The notes beneath the pieces were generated by a model. It searched no databases, was not told the DNA's origin, and worked only from the letters and a program-made list of their open reading frames with translations. Position numbers and translations under genes: made by a program. From a virus (lineage: Duplodnaviria; Heunggongvirae; Uroviricota; Caudoviricetes), in the IMG/VR virus record IMGVR_UViG_3300028454_000679: a DNA stretch of 64,000 bases. The stretch is one strand, 5' to 3'. Below, piece after piece: positions 25,821 through 35,658 of this stretch (position 1 is its first letter; each line of letters opens with the position of its first letter).

Positions 25821-26616
25821 ATGCCTAAATACCAAATGTCTAAACCTCTGCCACACTCAAACTTCATAGTGAATCCTCCTCTAGTTCTTCAGAGGTGTCA
25901 TTTGACACCTCTGACTGAAATCAGATTCTTGCACTTTTATCAGTTACTACCTGCATGGTCACTGTGGTCAACATTGTAATATAACACGAAGATAACCTTA
26001 AGCCAAACCTATGTAAACTTCGCCTTCCTGTAATCGTTTTGCTCTTCCGAAACAGGTTTCATGGGTTTTTATACAGACCAGAGCAATTAGGTATCTATAA
26101 AGCTGTTAGGCTTCCCACTTTTTACTTTTCTAATTCTTGCCTTGAAACGCCCCAGTCCGCCCAGCAGACACCCTGAATTTCGCACTCCGGCAAGCGAATC
26201 ATCGTACTCTCCTACTTGTTCACCTTTCCTTTTCGGCTTTCTTTGAATGATTCAGTTTTTTAAAAGGCTTATAGGTGCTTTAAGGTGAAATTAAAACACA
26301 ATGCTTTCTTTCGGGACGATAGTCACACAACTAATGCTTTCTTTTCTTTTTTGTAGCTTTTGAACGCTTTATGCCTTCGTTATGCTTGGTGGTGACTAAA
26401 TGTCTGTTCCTATTCATTAAAACACCTCCTAAACTAATAAGTTTATTAAAACAAAACCAACTAATAGGGATACACCCACAAAGCAAAGTGGCGATTGTGC
26501 ACACTTCTTGTACTCTGTTATACAATGTTGTTTCCCTTCACTAAGTCCTGTCAACACCATGTTTCCTCCTTGCAAACGTATTTCCTGTAGAGGGCAATAC
26601 CGTAGCATTAGTGAGT

Positions 26617-27387
26617 CTACTTCTCAACCCAGTATGCTGATTGCTCCGCAACTGCCATATCAATTAACCAATAATCATCAGACTCTTCGTCGTACATTAC
26701 GTCTATTGACCATTTCCCAGTCATTTCCACGTTTTTCGTGGCATTTCCTACCATTTCTGCCACTTGCTCTTTGTGCTTCTCGTAGAATTCTTCGATTTTC
26801 GGATATACAGTGTTATATACAATCTTATCTGTGGCGTTTTTACTAATAGCGTCCTGGCAGTATTCTTTATCCCAATAATTTACTGTGTACAGCACCTTTC
26901 CTTCATCAAAATCGTAAAACACTCTGAATTCCGGGCGCAAAGGCATACCATTGTAGATACACGGGATATTATCTTGGATATACTTCCATGACCCAACAAA
27001 TTCTCTCAATGCAACTTCCGAAATTCCACCGGCTCCAAGATACAAACTGGTGTATCCAATCTCAATTAGATGCAACGCAATTTCTTCTGCGCTTGCACGA
27101 CATTTGCAACTTTCGCCAAAATTGAACTTGTTGGAAAATGTACCGTTTTTCATAAAAACAAAAAACATGTTGTTTTCTTTTAGTACCGGCATAATCTTAT
27201 CCATCACAAAATGATAGATAATATTGTAATTGTCGACTCTGTTATCCATAAAAAGAGCCTTCATCACTTCTTCGCCCGTTGGAACAATAATCGTCTTCGG
27301 CACTCTCATACCGCAGTTTTCAATCTTGGAAAACCAACTCGAAATATTATTTGGATTTTGGGCGATATATTTAAACATTTTTAACAT
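26617..27387 (-). CDS. hypothetical protein, possible ATP-grasp-like fold
   Basis: 256 aa. The C-terminal WSIDVMYDEESDDYWLIDMAVAEQS resembles the ATP-grasp Mg-binding region. This is weak. Confidence 0.3.
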   Translation of the reverse strand: MLKMFKYIAQNPNNISSWFSKIENCGMRVPKTIIVPTGEEVMKALFMDNRVDNYNIIYHFVMDKIMPVLKENNMFFVFMKNGTFSNKFNFGESCKCRASAEEIALHLIEIGYTSLYLGAGGISEVALREFVGSWKYIQDNIPCIYNGMPLRPEFRVFYDFDEGKVLYTVNYWDKEYCQDAISKNATDKIVYNTVYPKIEEFYEKHKEQVAEMVGNATKNVEMTGKWSIDVMYDEESDDYWLIDMAVAEQSAYWVEK

Positions 27388-27478
27388 AACTTATTACTTC
27401 CTCTTCAGATTTTTAAATGATACAGTTTTCGGAAAATTTGCCCATAAAGGGAGCAATGACTCACACCATCTTGGGTGC

Positions 27479-28015
27479 TTAATTCTTATCTTGAAATGCC
27501 TCTAAATCCTTTTCAGAAACCTTGCCACCTTTTGGATTGTTGTATTTACCATACTGATTACAGGTGGTACAAGTCTTATTATCTTTGTATCGTTTTATAT
27601 CTGAAACTGCCGCAAGTATAATAGGTATGCTATTTAAAGCTAGTCCTATTATGAACGATACCAAAAGCATCATAGTCAAAACTCTCATAAAAGTATTGCT
27701 AGCTGGCTCATGCTCGATATCATACATCGTTATTGTATCTTCGTATGTTTCATAGCCATATTTCCCGTCTTTAAATTCTTTCAATAGTTGCTTCGTGGGT
27801 TTTACTTGCTCTCCATTTAATTCCCACTTGTATTTTTGTGCATTTTTAATACGATAGCTTTTCATACTCTCTATTGTATTATCCAACCCCTTGATAGAAT
27901 TCCTTGAAACCATTGGTAGCACTACAATAAGCACTGTACTCAGTATCAGAAGCGCTGTCCATAATTTTGGGTGTTCTTCCACACTCTTTGCTAATGAGTG
28001 ATTCTTTTCTTTCAT
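27479..28015 (-). CDS. membrane protein, hypothetical
   Basis: Three predicted TM segments and a C-terminal CTTC motif. Confidence 0.3.
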   Translation of the reverse strand: MKEKNHSLAKSVEEHPKLWTALLILSTVLIVVLPMVSRNSIKGLDNTIESMKSYRIKNAQKYKWELNGEQVKPTKQLLKEFKDGKYGYETYEDTITMYDIEHEPASNTFMRVLTMMLLVSFIIGLALNSIPIILAAVSDIKRYKDNKTCTTCNQYGKYNNPKGGKVSEKDLEAFQDKN

Positions 28016-28032
28016 AATACTCTCCTTTAATT

Positions 28033-28614
28033 CTAATAGGTGAATGCATTTTCAACTAATTCGAGCACTCGCTCTAATTCATGCGAATCATGCGGTACTA
28101 CTGGTTGAAGATAGTTCATGATGCTGTGCATCAACTGCTCATACTCAAACTCTCCCACTTTGTCAAGCAATGTATCTATATCATCTGGTGATGCTGTTAA
28201 CCACCTTTTCCCAGAAACACTTTCTAACTCCGGAAACTTTGTATCAAAAAAGGCATCTTGTACACTATCAGGATTCTCAGACTCAGAGATAATCTGGTAA
28301 TTTGTAAGCCACTCAGGTCTTATCTCTGACAACAGATAATCAGAGTAACCACAATTAAGTTGTTTACTACTACCAAAGAATGATTTATTAATGGAAGTAG
28401 TGTTATCTATTGCTCTGCAGCACTCGTCAGGCACATCCAAGTATAGTAGAACCTGTGGCATTGAAAGATCGAGTACAAATGCACGTTTGCGTGCATTCTC
28501 ATCAAAAGGAATAGTAAAGATCTTATCAAAAAGATCATCCTCTTTCTGCCTATAGGTTTTGCCACCCTCCAATGCTCTCAGAACTTTTAATGGTTGAAAC
28601 GTGCATAATTTCAT
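28033..28614 (-). CDS. hypothetical protein
   Basis: 193-aa ORF. Confidence 0.3.
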   Translation of the reverse strand: MKLCTFQPLKVLRALEGGKTYRQKEDDLFDKIFTIPFDENARKRAFVLDLSMPQVLLYLDVPDECCRAIDNTTSINKSFFGSSKQLNCGYSDYLLSEIRPEWLTNYQIISESENPDSVQDAFFDTKFPELESVSGKRWLTASPDDIDTLLDKVGEFEYEQLMHSIMNYLQPVVPHDSHELERVLELVENAFTY

Positions 28615-28617
28615 ACA

Positions 28618-28863
28618 TTACCTCCTTGCGTAATACTCCTTTAATTCTATTTTGACCTTAGAGTCTTCGCGCATTCGTTTTACAGTTGGTAAACCATACT
28701 TTCTGCCAAACTTGCACAGACCACACCCACAGTAAATCTTACCCTTCGAGTACTTCCCATCAGTACCCCTGTACCAGTCAAAACCATAAACTGAGCATGA
28801 GATATGTTTCTTACGTTGTATAACTTTTGCACGCTGATATCTAAAGTACGCTCTATCTCTCAT
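28618..28863 (-). CDS. hypothetical basic Cys-containing small protein
   Basis: 81 aa, with CSVYG....CGCGLC. Confidence 0.3.
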   Translation of the reverse strand: MRDRAYFRYQRAKVIQRKKHISCSVYGFDWYRGTDGKYSKGKIYCGCGLCKFGRKYGLPTVKRMREDSKVKIELKEYYARR

Positions 28864-29114
28864 AGGCCCTCCTTATAACTAGTTTTAATGGTTTGGTTTG
28901 TGTTACTATTATTGCGAGCAATTTCCATTTCCCAATCCAAGTATCTCTGAAATGTAGTATCAGTAGGATTGCGTTGTTGAATAGTCAGTTCATTTGAGGT
29001 ATTACTATTTTGTAACACCTCAGACTCCTGAATTTGTACCTTACGGTTATGTCTAAGTATAGCTGTCTCTTGATTCATAAACCAGGCAGCTTTTAATTCA
29101 AGAACATTCATCAC
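28860..29114 (-). CDS. hypothetical protein
   Basis: 84-aa ORF. Confidence 0.3.
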   Translation of the reverse strand: MMNVLELKAAWFMNQETAILRHNRKVQIQESEVLQNSNTSNELTIQQRNPTDTTFQRYLDWEMEIARNNSNTNQTIKTSYKEGL

Positions 29115-29314
29115 TTACACCCCCATTTAAAGGTGCTAAACAAAGGTTACCTATTAAGTGATAGAAGCTGCCTATCTTATTGTAAATACTATTTCTATCT
29201 TAAAACTTGATATATTGCATATCATGTTAATTGTGGTTTGTCACGATAACACTATCAAAGCCACTATGAGGACATTATGTTATTTGTTAGTGGTTCACCA
29301 CATGATAGCTTTAA

Positions 29315-29388
29315 TGGACCCCCTGAGACTCGAACTCAGGACCGACCGGTTATGAGCCGGTTGCTCTAACCAACTGAGCTAGAGGTCC
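29315..29388 (-). tRNA. tRNA-Met (anticodon CAT; elongator-type or tRNA-Ile lysidine type)
   Basis: Manual fold: acceptor GGACCTC/GGGGTCC (G1-C72), D arm GCTC-AGTTGGTTA-GAGC, anticodon arm ACCGG-CTCATAA-CCGGT, T arm CTGAG-TTCGAGT-CTCAG. Confidence 0.85.
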
Positions 29389-29572
29389 AAACTGTGGGCA
29401 AACCCTACAGTTTCTTATCCTTTGGGCGTTTCCGCTTCTTAAGGATAAATGCACCTGCGATAGGAGTTGCACCTAAAGCAAGGGCAGCTGCTGTACGTTG
29501 ATTATGTGACACAAAGTTCATCATAGTCTTAATCGTATCAGTTCTCTTCATAAAATCACTTCCTTTCCAAGT

Positions 29573-29680
29573 GTTAGATATGCGGTGAGATTGAGTGTTT
29601 ACTAAAAATGGTAATCGCGTGGTTTATAGTTAAAATGAGAAAACAAAAGAAAGAAAGGTTTACCTCACCACATATCTAAC
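29573..29680. repeat. long inverted repeat (17-bp arms, ~74-nt spacer) between tRNA-Met and tRNA-Gln
   Basis: gttagatatgCGgtgag ... ctcaccACatatctaac, with one mismatch pair. Confidence 0.4.
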
Positions 29681-29883
29681 ACCCCACCGAAGTGGAAAGT
29701 TAGCTACAGCATTAGTGGGTGCAGAAGTAACTGTACTGCACCCAAAACTACGCTGAAAGGATAGCCCACCCACTTTCTAACAATACCTATGAGCTATTCT
29801 CTACCCAACTCAGGTATTCGTGGTTTCCTATAGGTAGAGAGGCTTCTATAAAAACAGAAAACCGGGCAGTACTGACCGCCCTA

Positions 29884-29956
29884 CTGGACTACCGGGATTC
29901 GAATCCGGGGAATGCAGGAGTCAAAGTCCTGTGCCTTACCACTTGGCGATAGCCCA
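29884..29956 (-). tRNA. tRNA-Gln (anticodon TTG), slightly non-canonical
   Basis: Manual fold: acceptor TGGGCTA/TAGTCCA (U1-A72, one GU pair), 3-bp D stem, anticodon arm CAGGA-CTTTGAC-TCCTG, T arm CCGGA-TTCGAAT-CCCGG with an A53/C61 mismatch. Preceded on the minus strand by hairpin GGGGCGG-TTCCA-CCGCCCC (29961-29982) and a T run. Confidence 0.6.
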
Positions 29957-30015
29957 AAAACGGGGCGGTGGAACCGCCCCGTAAAAGAGGGAGAAAAATA
30001 CCCCGTGATAGGGGA

Positions 30016-30067
30016 AGCATCTTCCAGGATTCGAACCTGTCTTGTTAGCCACTCTAACTGAAGATGC
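30016..30067 (-). ncRNA. tRNA-like element B lacking an anticodon arm (52 nt)
   Basis: Manual fold: acceptor GCATCTT/AAGATGC, D arm GTTA-GAGTGGC-TAAC, a 3-nt linker, T arm ACAGG-TTCGAAT-CCTGG, discriminator T. Preceded on the minus strand by hairpin GGGTGG-TTCG-CCACCC (30071-30086). Confidence 0.35.
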
Positions 30068-30413
30068 ATAAGGGTGGCGAACCACCCTCAAGGGAAACGT
30101 TCAATTGGTGCCTCTTAACGAAGCAAGTAATTATATAAGAAGATTTTTCATAACTCAGTATCCAGACTAGGCTATTTAGCAGTCCTCATGCTCCCAAAAC
30201 TCCTCTGAAGATTCATTTGGGTGCATATCATACTCTGCAGCCTCATACTGTAGCTGACGCTCATTTTCCAAACTAGCCTTGAGTTTTAAAAGGCTTCTAT
30301 CCGACTCTTTTCGTAAATCTTCATGACTGTACTCTATATCACCAAACTCTTAGGAGAGATGAACCACTTCGCTAATAAGTCTGTTTCTCTCAGATTCTTT
30401 CATTTTGCTCAAA

Positions 30414-31034
30414 CTACTGTACCTCCTGCAAAATACACCAATCACCTTTAGCGGAGTGTTTACTGCCCTTAGTGTAAGCGTAAATACCCTCTACAGCTTT
30501 CTTGCACTTAGAAAGTTTCCAGATAGCTGTCTTCTTATCCTTAGACAGTGTCACATACTTACTCTTATGTGCAATTGCTTTCTTAAACTTAATCTTTATA
30601 GTATAGTCAATTTTGGCTTCTTTGAATGCTGATGTAATTGCTCCCCACTCAGCACTGTCAGATTCATCAGTTGATGCTATCATAAATCCATCCTTGTGAA
30701 CAATCATGTTATCAGACGGCGTATTGTATGCTACACGCTGAGTGGTCTTATGATAGTAGCACTTCTTACCATTGTGAGTCCTTACTGGTAACTTGGCTAC
30801 TTCCGAAATATCCATACCATCAAGTTTTACTGAACTGTTGGAGTTCTGCACTTCTGCCAACTGCTTATCAATCTCTGCCTTGTCATAAAATGCCTGCGTT
30901 ATAACCTTTGCACTTTTTGCTTTCGTAGCATCAACTGTCTGTACAGTATCCGCACACCCTACAACCGAGAACGCTACAGCTAATGCTGCAGCTAACGCTA
31001 AAACTTTCTTAAACATCTCACACCTCCTTAACAC
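30414..31034 (-). CDS. secreted lipoprotein, hypothetical
   Basis: Signal peptide with lipobox (LAVAFSVVGCADT). Confidence 0.4.
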   Translation of the reverse strand: MLRRCEMFKKVLALAAALAVAFSVVGCADTVQTVDATKAKSAKVITQAFYDKAEIDKQLAEVQNSNSSVKLDGMDISEVAKLPVRTHNGKKCYYHKTTQRVAYNTPSDNMIVHKDGFMIASTDESDSAEWGAITSAFKEAKIDYTIKIKFKKAIAHKSKYVTLSKDKKTAIWKLSKCKKAVEGIYAYTKGSKHSAKGDWCILQEVQ

Positions 31035-31215
31035 ATTTAGGACTAATTACTGCAGTTGTGCTGTCACTGTAAGTAATATGGACTCTAGCGTAAGTTGGAT
31101 CGTAGAGCCCTGCCCTACGATCCCTGTCATGTCTCTCACGCTCCTTACGAATACACTCATCGAAGTAAAGTCGCTCCTCTGGTGTCATCTTATGTTTACT
31201 AAGTAAAATACTCAT
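31018..31215 (-). CDS. hypothetical small protein
   Basis: 65-aa ORF. Confidence 0.25.
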   Translation of the reverse strand: MSILLSKHKMTPEERLYFDECIRKERERHDRDRRAGLYDPTYARVHITYSDSTTAVISPKCVKEV

Positions 31216-31217
31216 TG

Positions 31218-32744
31218 TTACTCCTCTGTAAAATCCTGTGGGTTACACTCCTGCTGTTTAGTTTCCTGAGTCTCAGACTCCTGCTGAACAGTTGTTACAC
31301 TTAACCCATTCACATTAACGTTTTTATTTACCTTAGCATCATAGGTACTTGCCTTCAAAATTTCTCTCATGTCTACACCTGTCGCCTCTGTCATGGTGTC
31401 AAATACCTGATGCATAATTTGTGGTGCAATACCGGAAATCTGGGATGCACCTCCATCAGAGGACGAACCGCCATAAATGTTGATCTTGTCAATCTGAGAA
31501 ATCGGCTGTGCAATTTCTTTTGCCATATCTGGTAAAATACGAATCATCATTTCCGCTACTGCTGCTCCATTGTACTTTTTGTAAGCTTCTGCCTTCTTAT
31601 CCATTGCTTCGGCTTCCGCAATACCTTTGGCACGGATGGCATTTGCTTCTGCTTCACCTTTCGCCTTGATGGCTTCGGCTTCAGCAAGACCTTTAGTACG
31701 AATTGCTTCGGCTTCTTGTTTCTGCCGGTAAAGAACAGCTTCTGCTTCTTTCTGCTCCTGAACAAGCTTTGCTTCTGCTTCTTTTTCTGCTTTATACTTT
31801 TCAGCATCTGCAGTACGTTCAATCTGTGCAGCCAGTTCCTGCTGACGTACAAGCACTTCCTTCTGTTTTAACTCTGCTTCACGTTCTGCCTTGGCAATCT
31901 GAGCATTGACGGTTTCGGCTTCAATTGCCTTGTTTTGAATCTGCTCCTGAATACGGAATGCTGCTTCAGCCTCTGCACGCTTGGTATCCTCTATAACCTT
32001 TAATTCCGACTGCTTGATTGAAAGTTCATTCTGTTTTTCAGCGATCTGCTTATCAGCTTCCACTCTGGCATCATTCGCTTCCCGCTCTGCCTGTGCTTTT
32101 GCAACTTCTACATCACGGTCTGCATTTGCTTTAGCAATAGATGCATCTTTCTGAATTTGTGCCATGTTATCCATACCTAAAGCGTTAATTAAATCCTGCT
32201 CGTCGGTGATAGTCTGGATATTACAAGAGATAATCTGGATACCAAGATTATCCATATCCATTTGAGCCTTAGACTGAACCTCATCACCAAACTTTTTACG
32301 GTCATTACACAGCTCTCTTAACTTAATTGTTCCAACGATTTCTCTCATATTACCCTGAAGAGAATCTGTAATCGTTCTCACAATCTGCTCTTCCCCCATG
32401 TTGAGGAAGTTCTTCATAGCAACCTGAATACCTTCAGGGTCATTCTTAATGCGGATTTTTGCAACGGCATCAATATTGACACCTATAAAATCTTCCGTAG
32501 GGATAAAACCATTTGTTTTAATATCAACGGAAATCTGTCTTAATAGCAATTTGTCAATTCTTTCTAAAAATGGAATGCGAATACCTGCACGACCAACGAG
32601 AATCTTTGGATTCTTGCGGAAACCAGAGATTATGTACGCAATATCTGGTGGTGCCTTTACATACCCCATTGCACAAATAAGCAAAACTACAACTACGACT
32701 ACCGCTGTTGCAATAAACTGCGGTGTAAGAATTGTTTCTAACAT
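31218..32744 (-). CDS. flotillin-like SPFH/band-7 protein (FloA/YqiK type)
   Basis: N-terminal TM, an SPFH core (IISGFRKNPKILVGRAGIRIPFLERI...DAVAKIRIKND), then a ~200-aa Ala/Glu/Lys-rich coiled coil (AEAEAIRAKG repeats). Confidence 0.8.
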   Translation of the reverse strand: MLETILTPQFIATAVVVVVVLLICAMGYVKAPPDIAYIISGFRKNPKILVGRAGIRIPFLERIDKLLLRQISVDIKTNGFIPTEDFIGVNIDAVAKIRIKNDPEGIQVAMKNFLNMGEEQIVRTITDSLQGNMREIVGTIKLRELCNDRKKFGDEVQSKAQMDMDNLGIQIISCNIQTITDEQDLINALGMDNMAQIQKDASIAKANADRDVEVAKAQAEREANDARVEADKQIAEKQNELSIKQSELKVIEDTKRAEAEAAFRIQEQIQNKAIEAETVNAQIAKAEREAELKQKEVLVRQQELAAQIERTADAEKYKAEKEAEAKLVQEQKEAEAVLYRQKQEAEAIRTKGLAEAEAIKAKGEAEANAIRAKGIAEAEAMDKKAEAYKKYNGAAVAEMMIRILPDMAKEIAQPISQIDKINIYGGSSSDGGASQISGIAPQIMHQVFDTMTEATGVDMREILKASTYDAKVNKNVNVNGLSVTTVQQESETQETKQQECNPQDFTEE

Positions 32745-32796
32745 AATACTAAGTCCTCCTAATTCTTTAAAACTAATAGCTTATGCTATAATGAAC

Positions 32797-33375
32797 CTAA
32801 CAATTTCCTGAACAACCTTTTGCTTTTCTCAAACGACCAGTTGTACCGTATGCCACACGCCATTCCATAATTGCAAGAAGTAAAAAGACTAATGCTCCTA
32901 CAAATGCACCCACTGCTGCATATTTGTTACCCAAAGATACGGCTGCACTGGACTTATGCACAGCCTTCTTAAAGCCATTATCCTTAGCAAGGTTATACTT
33001 CTTTATAATCTTTGAAGCCTTATAGTATTTCGAAATAAGCTGAACAGAGTTTTTCTTCTGCTGAACTAAATAGTACTTATCCAAAAGTTTATCTGTCATT
33101 ACTTCAGAAGAAGTCTTCCCGTGCTTTAAAAATACTGTATCCTCATCCGTGTTGTCTGCAACATACTTTGAGTATGCATCTAATTTCTCTCCTGCTGTGG
33201 GAGTGGAAGTTGACCGTATACCGAAATATGATCCCAAGAGAAAACATACAATACACGTGAGAATACAACAACTTAAAATTATCTCTATCGGTTCATCTAT
33301 AAGTGCAACCGCGACAACAAAATACACAAGAATCATAAATAGTCCAATAGCAGCGAAAATATTCGTCATAACCAA
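32797..33375 (-). CDS. membrane protein upstream of flotillin (possible NfeD-like partner; unsupported)
   Basis: Two N-terminal TM segments and one C-terminal; no clear OB-fold motif. The call rests on position only. Confidence 0.3.
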   Translation of the reverse strand: MVMTNIFAAIGLFMILVYFVVAVALIDEPIEIILSCCILTCIVCFLLGSYFGIRSTSTPTAGEKLDAYSKYVADNTDEDTVFLKHGKTSSEVMTDKLLDKYYLVQQKKNSVQLISKYYKASKIIKKYNLAKDNGFKKAVHKSSAAVSLGNKYAAVGAFVGALVFLLLAIMEWRVAYGTTGRLRKAKGCSGNC

Positions 33376-33419
33376 GACCTCCTAATACTTTAAATCTGAT
33401 AGCTTATGCTATAGAAAAA

Positions 33420-34214
33420 CTAATTGAATACACAGCTGGTCATACTGAACACACGTTGGAATGCCTCCCAGTTCTCATCATGTATACCAGGCTTAATAGC
33501 GTAAACACATGTTATACCACTGTGTCTAAATGTATCCTTAAAAATCTGTGCAACAGTTGTAGGGTCTTGCTTAAACACGCCACACCCAAATGCACCTAGA
33601 ACAGCATACTGTACACCCTCTGTAAGTAAAACGTCCCGAATAAACTCCACACGCTTAACAAGCACCTCTTTGTTCCTACGTACAAGTGCATCCATAGGTT
33701 GCCCTAACTTATCCGCACACTTCGTGATGGCGTAAAAGTTAGGAGATGCACAGGTGAGTACATCAACACGTGCCATTTCTGAACCCCGCTTAAAGGTGAC
33801 ACCTTTAGAGTAAATGCACCTATCCTCATAGAATCCGTAGTGCCTATGAGTTTTATTGTATTCATAAAACTCTGACATATCAGTAAGGTAATGGTACAAA
33901 TTGCTCTCGTGGCACAGCGACTCCTCTTGTGCACAACTTCCCTCCAAAAACTTACCACCAGGGTTAGTAAAGGAAGCAAAGTTAAGTGCACAGACTTTTG
34001 CCCCTGTTGCTGCCGCCTTCATAATACAAGATACAGTGTCCTCGTGAACAACAGTCTGTGACGTGCTGATAAAAGAAGTCTGTCTAGTTGGTGGATACAA
34101 CTTACGGTCGTAGACCACACTAGAGCCTCTCGGCCATTCTTTCGTTTCCTGTATCCACAACTTTGCATGTGCTGCCCGCTCCTTACGGTCTCCCCAATAA
34201 ACTTGATTTGACAT
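33420..34214 (-). CDS. bacterial-type poly(ADP-ribose) glycohydrolase-like macrodomain protein (DUF2263/TIGR02452-like)
   Basis: NPGGKFLEGSCAQEESL matches the bacterial PARG signature GGG-X6-8-QEE. VLGAFGCGVFKQDP matches the macrodomain diphosphate-binding loop. Confidence 0.6.
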   Translation of the reverse strand: MSNQVYWGDRKERAAHAKLWIQETKEWPRGSSVVYDRKLYPPTRQTSFISTSQTVVHEDTVSCIMKAAATGAKVCALNFASFTNPGGKFLEGSCAQEESLCHESNLYHYLTDMSEFYEYNKTHRHYGFYEDRCIYSKGVTFKRGSEMARVDVLTCASPNFYAITKCADKLGQPMDALVRRNKEVLVKRVEFIRDVLLTEGVQYAVLGAFGCGVFKQDPTTVAQIFKDTFRHSGITCVYAIKPGIHDENWEAFQRVFSMTSCVFN

Positions 34215-34229
34215 ACCTTATCCTCCTCC

Positions 34230-34547
34230 TTAAATCCTCTCCTCTGACAGTGTTAATACTGACATACCGTCATTATGCTGAACAAGTCGGGAAACATGAT
34301 GCTTCTCTGCGTAACTGTACAGTGACCTGCAGTATTTGGATTTCTCCCAACCTTTCGTAAACACAACGAGGTCTGAGATCATCACTGCTTTAGTTGCCTC
34401 TTCCAAAGCTTGTGAGCTAAACTTAGACTTCGGTGTTATAAACTCAACATTCCTTGGGTCGTAATCAAACGTACTTAGCTCTTTGATAATTGCATTACAC
34501 TCTTTCTGACGCAGTCCCCATGCAGGATGACTAACAAATACTTTCAT
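34230..34547 (-). CDS. hypothetical protein (Rossmann-like, TIR/nucleoside-deoxyribosyltransferase-like start MKVFVSHP; weak)
   Basis: Start refined to MKVFVSHPAWG, with an AAAGGAGAG RBS. Confidence 0.3.
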   Translation of the reverse strand: MKVFVSHPAWGLRQKECNAIIKELSTFDYDPRNVEFITPKSKFSSQALEEATKAVMISDLVVFTKGWEKSKYCRSLYSYAEKHHVSRLVQHNDGMSVLTLSEERI

Positions 34548-34573
34548 AAACTCTCCTTTCTTTGCTTTATGAA

Positions 34574-34642
34574 AAGACACTGCAGGAATTGAACCTGCGC
34601 CACACGACACAGTCGTTGCTCTACCAACTGAGCTAAGTGTCT
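34574..34642 (-). ncRNA. tRNA-like element C with a 3-nt anticodon loop (TGT) instead of a 7-nt loop (69 nt)
   Basis: Manual fold: canonical acceptor AGACACT/AGTGTCT, D arm GCTC-AGTTGGTA-GAGC, T arm GCAGG-TTCAATT-CCTGC. The anticodon arm is ACGAC-TGT-GTCGT, a 5-bp stem with a 3-nt loop. Confidence 0.4.
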
Positions 34643-34648
34643 TAATAC

Positions 34649-34849
34649 CTAAAACACAGATGACTTACGTATCAATGTTGCGTTGATTGAGTCATCGTAC
34701 TTGTCTACTGTTGCATAATCTGGTGTAGCATTTTCAATTCTTGCATGGTCAGCTGCATAAGTAGACGACATACCATCTGTTCGGAAACAGTCGTCCATCC
34801 CAGAAAATCCTTCGAGCTGTCCAAGCTCTCTTACAATATCCTCAGGCAT
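34649..34849 (-). CDS. hypothetical small protein
   Basis: 66-aa ORF. Confidence 0.25.
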   Translation of the reverse strand: MPEDIVRELGQLEGFSGMDDCFRTDGMSSTYAADHARIENATPDYATVDKYDDSINATLIRKSSVF

Positions 34850-34884
34850 CGCTCTGTCCTCCTAATTTTTATAGTAATGCTGTT

Positions 34885-35658
34885 TTAAGGTATTCGACCG
34901 ATTGTATCAACACACACTGCAGTTACAGTAAAGCGTTGGTTGCCACCATAACACGTTGACAAGGTTACCCATTGCTCAAATGGTGTCTCTGGAACCTTAA
35001 CACCTTCTGGAGCTAAGAACTCGTCTCGAAAGTTGTTAAAGTCTACTGAATCCTCGAATTGAGTTTGGTAGAGTTTAGAATTCTTAGTGGTTTCCTCAAA
35101 TTTCACGATTTGAAATCTATAAATTTGAGTATTGGTGAATACCTGAAAAAACTTATGCTTTTTTAGATACCCTTTCTTCTGCTGATAAAACTTTAGTTTG
35201 CCAAACATAGACAAATCCTTCATATTGTGGCCATAAAGGATAGAATGCTTGTCAGTGAAGAATGGGGAATTGGTTGACTCCAGAATAATAGACCCTGAGT
35301 TGTTCTCTGTACCATTGTAAAGCTTGTACAGATACTTTGTATTACTTCTTGAATGTACAACAGGATAACTAATATCAATGTCCTCAAAGAATACCCAACC
35401 AACGACATCTGGATTAGTCTCCTGTAATGATTCAAGGTCCACAGTAATAAGCTTATTCCAGGGGGTGTAAACTTTTGGCTGTTCAGTGGATTCTAAAGCC
35501 CTCTGAGGTGCAACTGGTGTTACAACCTCTTTTACAAGCGTGTCATAAAACTTGGCACTTTCTTGATACTGAACAAACCCTAAAAACACTTTGAACCCTG
35601 TCAACCCTACGAGAATGCCTAAAACGGCGCACAGAAGATAACTTACTGTTTTTCGCAT
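34885..35658 (-). CDS. membrane-anchored hypothetical protein
   Basis: N-terminal TM; 257 aa. Confidence 0.35.
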   Translation of the reverse strand: MRKTVSYLLCAVLGILVGLTGFKVFLGFVQYQESAKFYDTLVKEVVTPVAPQRALESTEQPKVYTPWNKLITVDLESLQETNPDVVGWVFFEDIDISYPVVHSRSNTKYLYKLYNGTENNSGSIILESTNSPFFTDKHSILYGHNMKDLSMFGKLKFYQQKKGYLKKHKFFQVFTNTQIYRFQIVKFEETTKNSKLYQTQFEDSVDFNNFRDEFLAPEGVKVPETPFEQWVTLSTCYGGNQRFTVTAVCVDTIGRIP

